Shown: positions 38,405-47,917 of the stretch, piece by piece
How the letters are laid out: every line of letters begins with the position of its first letter
Numbering within the stretch: position 1 is the stretch's first letter
Sequence record: SRR20825019_241
DNA length: 48,093 nucleotides
Strand: one strand, 5' to 3'
The notes under the pieces: generated by a model
Told to the model about the DNA's origin: nothing
Databases searched by the model: none
The model's input: only the letters and a program-made list of their open reading frames with translations
Position numbers and translations under genes: made by a program

Positions 38405-38815
38405 TTAGCGTACAATCAATCCAACGCCGAGCGCAATTACACCTAACATCAGGACTACTGCGCCAATGTGCAAGAGCCAAATCAGTTTGGTTGGCACAGT
38501 TACTTGTTTTCCAGCAGCTGCACCGAAGAATCCACCTGCAATCAAAATCGCGGAAGCGGGAATAGAGATTCGTGCAAACCATGTAAGTCCTTCACCTAAG
38601 CCAGTATATTCAGCCAAGATTTGTGCAATTAATGAAAGAATAACGAGCACACCAGCATGAGCGTGTCCAGCGCGAAACATAGATTTTTGGAAAGGTGTCA
38701 ATGGTTCTCCCTTGAATTTTCCGGTGAGAATACTCAATAAAAAATAGCCGCCGAGTTGAATTGTTGGAATGGTGATAAGAATCGTTCCACACATAAGTGT
38801 TGTAATCTCGTTCAT
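38405..38815 (-). CDS. Small 4-TM membrane protein with RAGHAHAG motif
   Basis: Four hydrophobic segments and an FRAGHAHAGVL motif. Confidence 0.8.
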   Translation of the reverse strand: MNEITTLMCGTILITIPTIQLGGYFLLSILTGKFKGEPLTPFQKSMFRAGHAHAGVLVILSLIAQILAEYTGLGEGLTWFARISIPASAILIAGGFFGAAAGKQVTVPTKLIWLLHIGAVVLMLGVIALGVGLIVR

Positions 38816-38831
38816 AAGATATATGTTTTGG

Positions 38832-41201
38832 TTAAAATGTTACGCGATACTGCATAATTGGAAGGAGTCCATTTTGATAAACAGTTCTCACAGCTCCCGC
38901 ATAAGCGTTGTATTGCTGATAGAAAATATTTTGTCTGTTGGTCACGTTCTGAATGTCAAAAGCCCATTCTTGGGTCGCTTTTCTACCGATCAGTTTGTAG
39001 GCAATTCTAAAATTCCCCTTCATGTAGTCGGTATACTGCTTGTCAAACGCGTTGTTAAGGTCACGGACTTCTTGATTGGCTAGGTTACTCTGATCAATCA
39101 ATATTTCTGAATAACGTCCGCCGCCATTCCAAGTGAATTTCACGTCTAAGCTCAACGCAGACTTAAATTTGGCATCTTCTTTATTTTTCCCAAATCTAAA
39201 TTCGTAGCCAAAAAGCGTATTTAGCGTGTGATTGCCGTTAAAAGCAGTGTTTCTCCAAACCTTGTCACTTCCTTGATATTTAGATTCAAAAAGAGATCCA
39301 GTGATTAAAAAGTAAAATCCATTGGTTAATGATTTCTCTATCGTTAACTCAATTCCGTAGTTATACCCAAGGCCGTTATTTACGAGTGTGTCAGGAGCTC
39401 CTGTCGTAAACGTCGCGCCGAAATTCAGTAGCGAATATGAACTCAATTTACTTTCTACAGGCACGTTGGTTAGGTATTGACCGTAAACTTCCGTTTTAAC
39501 GCGAATTCCATGTTTCAATCGTTTTTGGTAGCCGCCAATCACGTGGGTGCTTCTCGTGAAATCTAATTGTTTATTTGGAGTAACGAATGTTCCGTCTGTG
39601 GTTAAAACGCGTTCAAAGTAGAGTTCAATAGGAGCCATTTGACTGTGCATTCCTGTTCCGAATGTAAGCTGCTGATTCTTTTTCATTTTGTATTCTAAAC
39701 CGATTCGTGGTTCAACGGACCATTGATTTGCAAGCGTAAGAATCTGTGTATACAGTCCGCTAACGAGCGTAAAATTCTCTGTGACTCTGAAACGATGCTG
39801 AAAATGTGGTCGAATTAAGGCTGTTGTACCATCAAAATCTCTAATGGCAACGGATTTACCAAGGTCATTTCGGTAAAGTGAATCTAACAGCGAAAGAAAT
39901 AAAATATCGTTGATGATTCCCGCTTTAATGAGGTGGCGATTTGAGAGTTTATTTTGATAATTGAAAACAACCGTTCCCTTGGTGTTTGTAGCGTTACTTG
40001 TAAACGTAGTGAAGGGATTTTCACCGTTTAAATCAAGAGTGTCATTCCGAACATCGTTAAAAGCCGATTGGATTCCTCCGAGAACTTCAAAGAATGAATG
40101 ATCATTGATCCGTTGTTTATGAGAAATTCCCGCTACACCAGAGTTTGAGGCAAAAAAGATATCATTTCCAGTTACTCCCCAAATATCATTTTGATCTTCT
40201 GTGTTTTGTGATAGGATTTCAATATTACTGAGTCCGCCAATTCCAAATACTTGAGTGACTCCTTTTTTTGTTGGAAAGTGAAGTTTAAAACTGATGTCTT
40301 GGTATTTTGGAAGCGCTGCTGTACCGAATTCGATTCCGATTACTTGAAATAATTCGAGCGTAGAATAGCGGTAGTTTACTAAGAAAGAAGATTTTTTCTT
40401 TTTCGAAATTGGACCTTCTGCCATTCCTTCCAATCCATTAAACCCAAGTTGACCCATGAATTCGAATTGTTCGTTATTTCCCTTGCGCATTTTTAGATCG
40501 AAAACACCCGCCAAGGCATTTCCAAACTCGGCAGGAAAAGCACCCGTGTAAAAATCGGAGTTGCTCAAAACATTATTGTTCAGCATAGAAACAGGTCCGC
40601 CCGTGGTTCCAAATCGTGCAAAGTGATTCGGATTTGGAATGTCGAAACCATCCATTCTGTATAATACTCCCGAAGGAGAATTTCCACGAACAATAATGTC
40701 ATTTCTGGAATCGTCAGCGCCTTGAACTCCTGCAAAGTTTTGCGCCATTCGTGCTACATCATTAAAACTTCCCGCGTAACGTTGACTTTCTTCTACCGAG
40801 AATGATCTTGCACTCACCGTTGCTAGCTGATTGATTGGTTCACCGTCTTCACGAGCAACTACTTTTACTTCGTCTACGAGAAGAACTTTTTCCATGAGAG
40901 AAACCTCAAGAACGAGTTCTTTAGATGTTGTGAGCTCCAAGTTTGATAACACACCGTTTTCATATCCATAGGTTGTAACAACAAGTGTATATCGCCCAAC
41001 ACGCACATTCTCGAAACGGAAAACTCCATCCATATTCGTTTTTTGCCGAATAGAATCGGTTTCATTGAAAAGGTAAACCTTCGCATCAGGAATGGAGAGT
41101 TCCGAATATTTGTCCATTACCTTGCCGCGAATAGTTTGGGTAAGTTGACTGGTGGAATAAAATGAGCAAAAGAATAGAAAGAGAAATGTGATTGGTTTCA
41201 T
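38832..41201 (-). CDS. TonB-dependent receptor with N-terminal carboxypeptidase-regulatory-like domain
   Basis: QTIRGKVMD, plug motifs NDIIVRGNSP and IPNPNHF, GAFPAEFGNA, EPR, and a C-terminal YRVTF barrel signature. Start moved to MKPITF. Confidence 0.92.
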   Translation of the reverse strand: MKPITFLFLFFCSFYSTSQLTQTIRGKVMDKYSELSIPDAKVYLFNETDSIRQKTNMDGVFRFENVRVGRYTLVVTTYGYENGVLSNLELTTSKELVLEVSLMEKVLLVDEVKVVAREDGEPINQLATVSARSFSVEESQRYAGSFNDVARMAQNFAGVQGADDSRNDIIVRGNSPSGVLYRMDGFDIPNPNHFARFGTTGGPVSMLNNNVLSNSDFYTGAFPAEFGNALAGVFDLKMRKGNNEQFEFMGQLGFNGLEGMAEGPISKKKKSSFLVNYRYSTLELFQVIGIEFGTAALPKYQDISFKLHFPTKKGVTQVFGIGGLSNIEILSQNTEDQNDIWGVTGNDIFFASNSGVAGISHKQRINDHSFFEVLGGIQSAFNDVRNDTLDLNGENPFTTFTSNATNTKGTVVFNYQNKLSNRHLIKAGIINDILFLSLLDSLYRNDLGKSVAIRDFDGTTALIRPHFQHRFRVTENFTLVSGLYTQILTLANQWSVEPRIGLEYKMKKNQQLTFGTGMHSQMAPIELYFERVLTTDGTFVTPNKQLDFTRSTHVIGGYQKRLKHGIRVKTEVYGQYLTNVPVESKLSSYSLLNFGATFTTGAPDTLVNNGLGYNYGIELTIEKSLTNGFYFLITGSLFESKYQGSDKVWRNTAFNGNHTLNTLFGYEFRFGKNKEDAKFKSALSLDVKFTWNGGGRYSEILIDQSNLANQEVRDLNNAFDKQYTDYMKGNFRIAYKLIGRKATQEWAFDIQNVTNRQNIFYQQYNAYAGAVRTVYQNGLLPIMQYRVTF

Positions 41202-41215
41202 CAGTGTTTTTTTGA

Positions 41216-41299
41216 CAAAGATATTTTCAGAAGGAACAAAGTAAGCGAAAAAGGGCTGAGTAGCCTGAATTAGGGATGAAAAACAAACCCTAGTGACGA
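41216..41299 (-). promoter_or_regulatory. TonB-receptor promoter: -7 box plus four 20-bp-period direct repeats (putative LytTR sites)
   Basis: Minus-strand TCGTCACT (41292-41299), TCATCCCT (41272-41279), TCAGCCCT (41252-41259) and TTGTTCCT (41232-41239), then TATCTTTG (41216-41223). Confidence 0.6.
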
Positions 41300-42168
41300 C
41301 TGTCATTTACAGTGCCGTTCATCAAGCGATTAAATTCATTCACTTTGTATCGAGAGACAGGAATTTTCTCTTCTATTCCGTTTAATTTTAATGCATATCC
41401 TTGGGCATTTCCATTTACGGATTCAATTTTTGAGAGGTTTACAATGTAGCTTCGGTGCGTTTTCATAATTGAAAAAGAGGATTCAGCCAACTGTTCTTCC
41501 AGTTTCGATAACGTAATTCGTTGAAGCTCTTTTTTGGATTCACCCAACTGAAAAAGATAGAACTCAACATAGTTCCCAGAAGCTTTGGCAAAACGAAAAG
41601 ATTCTGACGTAAATGCAATGGATTGATCTTGCCCTTCACCTTCAATAACAATGGTATTGTCAGAAACCTCATAGTTCTTAGTTACGAGCGAAGCACTTTT
41701 ATCGAGATGGTACATTCTTAGTTTGGACTCGAAATGAAACGTAATAAAGACAAACGGAAAGAGTCCAACAGCATGTGTAAAAAGCACACTTTTAGTAAAA
41801 AATACGGGAATAGTTTCTTTTTCGATAAACTCAGGGTAATGGACAAACAATCCAAAAAAGTGATTTAGGACACCAATCACAGTAATAAGGACAAATGCCA
41901 CTAGAATGGACATTCCCACGGTAACGTTTAGATTTCTTTTCGCAGCATAACCGTTCCAAGCGAAAGTATAAATCAAAGAAAGTATCAAAGTGATTATTGT
42001 ATACCCTGTCGCAACGAATAATTTCGACATTTGGATTTCGTCGAGGATGCCAAAAGGTTGAAAGATAAGGAGAAAGAAAAAGACGAAACCCGCAATGCTA
42101 AAGGCGAGAAGAAACTTCGCGCGATTAGTGTCTAATATTGGACAGGGTCTTTTTAAGTATTCCAACAT
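41290..42168 (-). CDS. Membrane-anchored LytTR transcriptional regulator
   Basis: Four N-terminal TM helices. C-terminal ASGNYVEF, KTHRSYIVNL and IPVSR. No receiver domain. Confidence 0.9.
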   Translation of the reverse strand: MLEYLKRPCPILDTNRAKFLLAFSIAGFVFFFLLIFQPFGILDEIQMSKLFVATGYTIITLILSLIYTFAWNGYAAKRNLNVTVGMSILVAFVLITVIGVLNHFFGLFVHYPEFIEKETIPVFFTKSVLFTHAVGLFPFVFITFHFESKLRMYHLDKSASLVTKNYEVSDNTIVIEGEGQDQSIAFTSESFRFAKASGNYVEFYLFQLGESKKELQRITLSKLEEQLAESSFSIMKTHRSYIVNLSKIESVNGNAQGYALKLNGIEEKIPVSRYKVNEFNRLMNGTVNDSRH

Positions 42169-42249
42169 AAAGCAAAAGTGCTAATAATTGAAATAGAAAC
42201 AATGAAAATTCGAAAGATCGTCCCGCTATAATCCCTACATTTGTGAAAC

Positions 42250-43248
42250 ATGGACACCGAAAAAAAGATTGCAGTTATTGGAGGAGGAAGCTGGGCAACT
42301 GCCCTCGTAAAGATTCTTTGCAACAATGTATCAAAAGTAAATTGGTACATGAGAAACGAAGATGCTGTCGAACATATCTTAAATTTTAAACACAATCCAA
42401 ATTATTTGCAATCCGTTGAATTTGATCTATCAAAAATCAGCGTGAGTTCAAATTTGGTAGAGACGATTCAAGAGGCAGAGATGGTAATTATTGCCACGCC
42501 TTCTGCGTTTCTCACGAAGTTGTTTGAAGATTTTCCTAAAGATCTTTTGAAAGATAGAATCGTGTTTTCTGCAGTAAAGGGAATTATTCCTGAATACAAT
42601 GCCATTCCAGCGCGATTCATCCATAAAACATTCGGAACTCCGTATGACAATATTGGAATTATTTGTGGTCCATGTCATGCAGAAGAAGTGGCGCTCGAAC
42701 GATTATCCTATTTAACAATTGCGTGTCAAGATGAAGACGTTTCTGAGCAAATGGCAGAATTTTTGGCGTGCAGGTATATAAAGACGACCGTTTCCGATGA
42801 TCTCTTCGGAACAGAATTGTCGGCGGTTCTCAAAAACGTATACGCAATTGCTTCTGGAGTTTGCGCAGGTTTGGGTTATGGAGATAACTTTCAATCGGTG
42901 CTCATTTCAAATGCTATTCAGGAGATAGAGAACTTTATTGATGAGGTGAGTCCAATCCACAGAGATGTGAAGTCTTCAGCTTATTTGGGCGATTTGTTAG
43001 TTACCGCATATTCTAAGTTTTCGAGAAACCGAACCTTCGGATTTATGATTGGTAAAGGATATTCTGTGAAAACGGCACAGTTGGAAATGGACATGATCGC
43101 CGAAGGATATTATGCGACGAAAAGCCTTTTCGAAATGAACAAAAAGTTTCAAGTCGAAATGCCTATTTTGGAAGCAGTTCACAATATTATCTACGAACGA
43201 ATCTCACCTGTAATTGAGATGCGAATCCTCACGGATAAGTTGAGCTAA
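42250..43248 (+). CDS. gpsA: NAD(P)H-dependent glycerol-3-phosphate dehydrogenase
   Basis: GGGSWATAL, SAVKG, GPCHAEEVA, LKNVYAIASG, GDLLVTAYSKFSRNR and AEG. TACATTTG box at 42236-42243. Confidence 0.95.
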   Translation: MDTEKKIAVIGGGSWATALVKILCNNVSKVNWYMRNEDAVEHILNFKHNPNYLQSVEFDLSKISVSSNLVETIQEAEMVIIATPSAFLTKLFEDFPKDLLKDRIVFSAVKGIIPEYNAIPARFIHKTFGTPYDNIGIICGPCHAEEVALERLSYLTIACQDEDVSEQMAEFLACRYIKTTVSDDLFGTELSAVLKNVYAIASGVCAGLGYGDNFQSVLISNAIQEIENFIDEVSPIHRDVKSSAYLGDLLVTAYSKFSRNRTFGFMIGKGYSVKTAQLEMDMIAEGYYATKSLFEMNKKFQVEMPILEAVHNIIYERISPVIEMRILTDKLS

Positions 43249-43345
43249 AGCGAGAAATTAAAAAATAAACAATTTGTTAAATATTTAATGTTCTTAGGGT
43301 TTATCTCTCTAGATATTGCTACCTTTGCGCCAAATACGCAGAACA

Positions 43346-44617
43346 ATGAAAGTCTTTAAATTTGGTGGTGCTTCAGTGAAAGACGCCCCTGCTGTAAGAA
43401 ACGTAGCGACAATCGTCGAACTTTTTAAGGGAGAAAAACTGGCAATCGTGATCTCAGCAATGGGGAAAACGACCAATGCATTGGAAGAGATTGTTGAAGC
43501 ACTTTGTTCGCGAAATGAAGAGAATTTCAAGAATTTGGTCGAAGAACGACGCGCTTTCCACCTTGCGATCATGAACGAATTGTTTGTTGATCATTCAAAT
43601 GTCATTTTTTCCGAAGTAAACGTAGAATTTGATGAACTTTTGCGAAAATATAGCGACCCGATCCCAGATAATTTTGATTTTGAATACGATCAGATTGTTT
43701 CCTTGGGAGAAGTTATTTCTACGAAGATTGTAAGTGCATTTTTAGCTCAAGAAGGAATCGCATCAGCGTGGATGGATGCTAGAACGCTCATAAGAACAGA
43801 TAGAGCTTATCGCGAAGCAGAGGTAGATTGGAAAACAACGGAATCTCGATTTCAAACCTTATTCATGCCGAAATATACAGATGAAGATGTGTTAATTACG
43901 CAAGGTTTCATTGGTCATACAGCAGAAGGATTAACGACAACATTGGGTCGTGAAGGATCCGATTTTACTGCTGGAATTATCGCATATTGCTGCAATGCAG
44001 AAAGTGTTACGATCTGGAAGGATGTTCCTGGAATGCTCAATGCAGATCCAAAATGGTTCGATAACACCATAAAACTCGATCAAATTTCATTTAAAGAGGC
44101 GATTGAACTATCCTATTACGGTGCATCGGTGATTCACCCTAAAACAATAAAGCCACTTCAAAATAAGGGAATTTCGCTGTTTGTTAAATCATTTATTGAA
44201 CCACATGCCAATGGAACGGTGATTCAAGCTTCAACGGAGAAAGATCATTTGATCCCATCATTCATTTTTAAAATGAATCAAATGCTGATTTCCTTCACTC
44301 CAAAGGATTTTTCGTTTATCGTTGAGCGCAATTTATCGGACATTTTCGAGCGCTTATCTCAGGTAAATGCCAAGATTAATGTGATGCAAAATTCAGCGCT
44401 GGATTTCTCTATTCTCCTCGATGAATCAAAAGTGAATATTGACGAAATTCTTGAGTTATTCGGTGAAACGTATGACGTGAAATATAACGCAGGGTTAGAG
44501 TTAGTGACAATAAGACATTATGATCAAGCAACAATAGATCGCGTAACGGTAGAAAAAGAAATCCTTCTTCAGCAGAAAACACGCGAAACTGCGCGATTAA
44601 TCGTCCGCCAGAAATAG
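43346..44617 (+). CDS. lysC: Aspartate kinase (monofunctional)
   Basis: KFGGASV, SAMGKTTN, TTLGREGSDFTA, WKDVPG..ADP and GASVIHPKT. TACCTTTG box at 43320-43327. Confidence 0.95.
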   Translation: MKVFKFGGASVKDAPAVRNVATIVELFKGEKLAIVISAMGKTTNALEEIVEALCSRNEENFKNLVEERRAFHLAIMNELFVDHSNVIFSEVNVEFDELLRKYSDPIPDNFDFEYDQIVSLGEVISTKIVSAFLAQEGIASAWMDARTLIRTDRAYREAEVDWKTTESRFQTLFMPKYTDEDVLITQGFIGHTAEGLTTTLGREGSDFTAGIIAYCCNAESVTIWKDVPGMLNADPKWFDNTIKLDQISFKEAIELSYYGASVIHPKTIKPLQNKGISLFVKSFIEPHANGTVIQASTEKDHLIPSFIFKMNQMLISFTPKDFSFIVERNLSDIFERLSQVNAKINVMQNSALDFSILLDESKVNIDEILELFGETYDVKYNAGLELVTIRHYDQATIDRVTVEKEILLQQKTRETARLIVRQK

Positions 44618-44635
44618 GCAATAAATACCATAAAG

Positions 44636-44672
44636 TAGTGAGTGTTAAATCCGTTAGCATACACTATTTTTG
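44636..44672 (+). terminator. Weak hairpin + T-tract after lysC, overlapping the feoA -7 box
   Basis: TAGTG-A-GTGTTAA-atccg-TTAGCAT-A-CACTA then TTTTT. TATTTTTG box at 44665-44672. Confidence 0.4.
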
Positions 44673-44678
44673 TAGCGA

Positions 44679-44918
44679 ATGAAAACAATACTCACGAATA
44701 TAGAAAATGGATCATCTGTGATTGTCCAGGGGATTTTGCAATCTGACCTACGCGTGAAGTTAATGGAAATGGGAATCACCGAAGGGAGATTTCTAAAAGT
44801 ATTGTTTCGAGCGCCATTTGGTGATCCAATCGCTGTAAATGTTGATGGCTACGTGCTTTCACTTCGAAGAGATGAAGCTGAACTAATTCAAGTTGAACGT
44901 CAAGAAGTATATGCATGA
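44679..44918 (+). CDS. feoA: Ferrous iron transport protein A
   Basis: KLMEMGI..G, APFGDPI and LSLRRDEA. Confidence 0.95.
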   Translation: MKTILTNIENGSSVIVQGILQSDLRVKLMEMGITEGRFLKVLFRAPFGDPIAVNVDGYVLSLRRDEAELIQVERQEVYA

Positions 44919-46867
44919 AAATTGCCTTGCTCGGTAATCCAAACACTGGAAAAAGCTCGGTTTTTAATTTGCTCACGGGACTCAGACAGCACGTCGGAAA
45001 CTTTCCTGGGGTAACAGTCGATAAAAAGACGGGAGTCATTCAACTCAAAGGAGAAGAGCATGAACTGATCGACTTTCCAGGAACGTATAGTATTTATCCA
45101 AGGTCAAAAGATGAGCGAGTAGTTTACCGCAATCTATCCGATCCTAAAGAAAAAGATCATCCCGATGTAGCAATGGTTGTGCTAGACGCTTCTAATTTAG
45201 AGCGAAACTTACTTCTGTTTTCACAAATATACGACCTTCAGTTGCCGACCTTAATGGTGCTCAATATGAGCGATTTGGTAGCGAAAAGAAATCTCCACCT
45301 CAATATTGAAGAATTAAATAGAATTTTTCCTGAGGCGAAAATCGTAGAATCGAATGCGCGAATTAAGCTAGGCAAGGAAAGAATATTAGAGGCACTTTCG
45401 AGTCTTCCTGAACGAAATGGCAATTCCTTTCATGGAAGTGTGGAGGATATTTGTGCCCTAGATGACTTAGCATCGCAAGAACAGGAAACGACGGCGCGTT
45501 TTGCAAAGATCAAAGAAGTTTTAAAAACCGTTGTTGTCAAAAAGGAAGAAAAGGCTTCGATTTCAGGGAAACTAGACAAAGTACTTGTTCATCCCATTTT
45601 TGGCTACGCTATTTTCGGAGCGATCTTGCTGATCATTTTTCAGTTCATTTATGCGTTCGCAACAATTCCGATGGATCTCATCGACGGAAGTTTTTCGACT
45701 TTCAGTCAATGGCTTTCTGATGTTCTTCCTGGTGGTGTGTTCACCGATTTGCTTACGCAGGGAATCGTACCGGGAATAGGAGGAGTGGTCATTTTCATCC
45801 CGCAAATTGCACTGTTATTCTTTTTCATCGCATTACTTGAAGAATCTGGATATCTGTCTCGAGTCGTTTTCATCATGGACCGATTAATGCGCCCACTTGG
45901 ATTGAATGGAAAAAGTGTTGTTCCACTCATTTCTTCAGTCGCCTGTGCGATTCCAGGGGTGATGTCTGCCAGAACGATTTCTGATTGGAAGGAGCGGATG
46001 ATTACCATTATGGTCGCACCATTGATGAGTTGTAGCGCACGAATTCCGGTATATACATTACTTGTTTCGCTCGTTATTCCCGCAAAGAAAATTGGTGGGT
46101 TCATTAACGTTCAAGGGTTGGTTCTTTTTGGATTGTATGCCTTGGGGACGATCAGCGCTTTGCTTGTGGCTGTGATCCTTAAAAAGCTTATTAAAACCCG
46201 CGAGAAGGGATTCTTGTTATTGGAAATGCCTTCCTATAAAATTCCTCGTTTTGCTAATGTTGGAATCACAGTGTTAGAAAAGGTACGGATTTTTGTATGG
46301 GACGCAGGGAAAGTCATTTTGGCAATTTCGATAATTCTATGGGCGTTGGCGACTTACGGTCCATCCGATAGAATGGAAAAGGCTGCGATTCAAGCGGAAC
46401 ATATTGCAAAAGAACGCGGATTATCGCTAGACGACACCAATCAACTTCGGGCTTCATTGAAACTGGAAAATTCGTTCATTGGAATTATGGGTAAATCGAT
46501 TGAACCCGTTATTGCTCCTTTGGGCTACGATTGGAAAATTGGGATCTCGCTCATTACATCATTTGCCGCCCGAGAAGTCTTCGTAGGTTCTATGGCAACG
46601 ATTTATGCGGTTCAGGATGATGGAGAACATAACAGGCGTTTAATTGATCGTATGCGCGAAGAAAAACGAAGCGATGGAACATTGGTATATAACGTCGCAT
46701 CAGGAGTTAGTTTGATGGTGTTCTATGTCTTCGCAATGCAATGTATGTCCACACTAGCGGTAGTGAAACGAGAAACAAAATCGTGGAAGTGGCCGTTACT
46801 CCAAGTTGGATACATGGGTGTTTTGGCGTATCTTGGAGCGTGGATTACCTATTTAATTCTCAGTTAA
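44915..46867 (+). CDS. feoB: Ferrous iron transport protein B
   Basis: GNPNTGKS, GNFPGVTVD, DFPGTYS, NMSD, and gate motifs LEESGYLSR, MSCSARIP and AAREVFV. Confidence 0.97.
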   Translation: MKIALLGNPNTGKSSVFNLLTGLRQHVGNFPGVTVDKKTGVIQLKGEEHELIDFPGTYSIYPRSKDERVVYRNLSDPKEKDHPDVAMVVLDASNLERNLLLFSQIYDLQLPTLMVLNMSDLVAKRNLHLNIEELNRIFPEAKIVESNARIKLGKERILEALSSLPERNGNSFHGSVEDICALDDLASQEQETTARFAKIKEVLKTVVVKKEEKASISGKLDKVLVHPIFGYAIFGAILLIIFQFIYAFATIPMDLIDGSFSTFSQWLSDVLPGGVFTDLLTQGIVPGIGGVVIFIPQIALLFFFIALLEESGYLSRVVFIMDRLMRPLGLNGKSVVPLISSVACAIPGVMSARTISDWKERMITIMVAPLMSCSARIPVYTLLVSLVIPAKKIGGFINVQGLVLFGLYALGTISALLVAVILKKLIKTREKGFLLLEMPSYKIPRFANVGITVLEKVRIFVWDAGKVILAISIILWALATYGPSDRMEKAAIQAEHIAKERGLSLDDTNQLRASLKLENSFIGIMGKSIEPVIAPLGYDWKIGISLITSFAAREVFVGSMATIYAVQDDGEHNRRLIDRMREEKRSDGTLVYNVASGVSLMVFYVFAMQCMSTLAVVKRETKSWKWPLLQVGYMGVLAYLGAWITYLILS

Positions 46868-46868
46868 G

Positions 46869-47006
46869 ATGACACAGACAGTTCTTGTAATCGTATTTAT
46901 TTCAGCAGCAATTATTTTTCTTGGAATTCGTGCGTATGGGAAGTTCTTTTCCAAAAAAGGAGCATGCGACGGTTGTGCAGTGAGCAAAATGCAAGAATGG
47001 AAATAG
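46869..47006 (+). CDS. FeoB-associated Cys-rich small membrane protein (45 aa, below ORF-track cutoff)
   Basis: MTQTVLVIVFISAAIIFLGIRAYGKFFSKKGACDGCAVSKMQEWK*: one TM helix plus CxxC, starting 1 nt after the feoB stop. Confidence 0.75.
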   Translation: MTQTVLVIVFISAAIIFLGIRAYGKFFSKKGACDGCAVSKMQEWK

Positions 47007-47041
47007 CCAGCTGTTCGCTGAGGACGTTACGATTTTATTTC

Positions 47042-47326
47042 TTAGGCAGAGGTTGGACTTACCTGAATTTGGCCGCCAATTGCTTTCAAAACTTTCATTA
47101 TTGTCGGAAATTGAGGCTTTGATCCGTCAGATAATGCTTTGTACAGACTAGGTCTACTTAACCCTGTTTCTTCAGATATTTTGGTCATTCCAATCGCTTT
47201 TGCAATATGTCCAATTGCATTTTTGACATCTGTATTGTTCCCTTCTTCCGAAACAGTGTTGAGATACTCGGCAATCATTTCTTTATTGTCTAGGTAATCC
47301 GCGATGTCAAATTTTGAAGTTCCCAT
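47042..47326 (-). CDS. Addiction-module antidote protein (HTH antitoxin, HI1420-like)
   Basis: FDIADYLD..EMIAEYL, IAKAIGMTKISEETGLSRPSLYKALS and PQF.TIMKV. Confidence 0.9.
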   Translation of the reverse strand: MGTSKFDIADYLDNKEMIAEYLNTVSEEGNNTDVKNAIGHIAKAIGMTKISEETGLSRPSLYKALSDGSKPQFPTIMKVLKAIGGQIQVSPTSA

Positions 47327-47331
47327 GCGCT

Positions 47332-47520
47332 CTATTTGTTTAATTTTTTCCAGATTTCTTTTGCTTTCAGAATGTCGCTTTCTTGTGACGGCTTATCTCC
47401 AACGATCAGTAGGACGATTATTTTTCCGTACTTTTCTTTAAAGTAAACACGATAACCTTTCGCAAAATTTATGCGTATTTCGCTTATTCCCTCCCCGACA
47501 GGTTATCATTCTCCAAAATG
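47332..47520 (-). pseudogene. RelE/ParE-type addiction-module killer toxin remnant (HI1419-like)
   Basis: Minus-strand translation HFGE**PVGEGISEIRINFAKGYRVYFKEKYGKIIVLLIVGDKPSQESDILKAKEIWKKLNK*. Two adjacent in-frame stops at 47503-47508 and no N-terminal third. Confidence 0.85.
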
Positions 47521-47530
47521 CTACTCGCAA

Positions 47531-47917
47531 TTATTTGAAGTGTTGTTTGATAAACTCAGGATTCTCAAATCGATAAAATATGCCACTTGACCCTGTTCCA
47601 ATTACTTGACTGTTTGTGCTCAAGACGATGGTTGTGTCTGATTTCACAATACAAATTTTATCCCAGCATGCTCCTTTCCAGGGTTCAGGAGAATTTGAGT
47701 AATTTATACCCTCAATTATTTGCTTGATTTTTGATTTGTCGGAAACGGAATGTATAGGAATTTCCGAATCGATCCAATGCAAACAATTCGATCCATCGTA
47801 GTAGTCTATCCGTATAATTCCTTGATTGATGATTTCGCCCTTTTCAGTTTTAAAATACTCTGTATTAGAGCAACTGAAGAGTACAAACGTTAGAATAATT
47901 AGACTTAAATGTTTCAT
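47531..47917 (-). CDS. Hypothetical lipoprotein
   Basis: Lipobox LFSC after a hydrophobic signal; 128 aa. Confidence 0.65.
   Translation of the reverse strand: MKHLSLIILTFVLFSCSNTEYFKTEKGEIINQGIIRIDYYDGSNCLHWIDSEIPIHSVSDKSKIKQIIEGINYSNSPEPWKGACWDKICIVKSDTTIVLSTNSQVIGTGSSGIFYRFENPEFIKQHFK

Noticed and set aside
41202-41306. N-terminal extension of the TonB receptor
   Set aside because: It covers the promoter box and operator repeats. The signal peptide starts at 41201.
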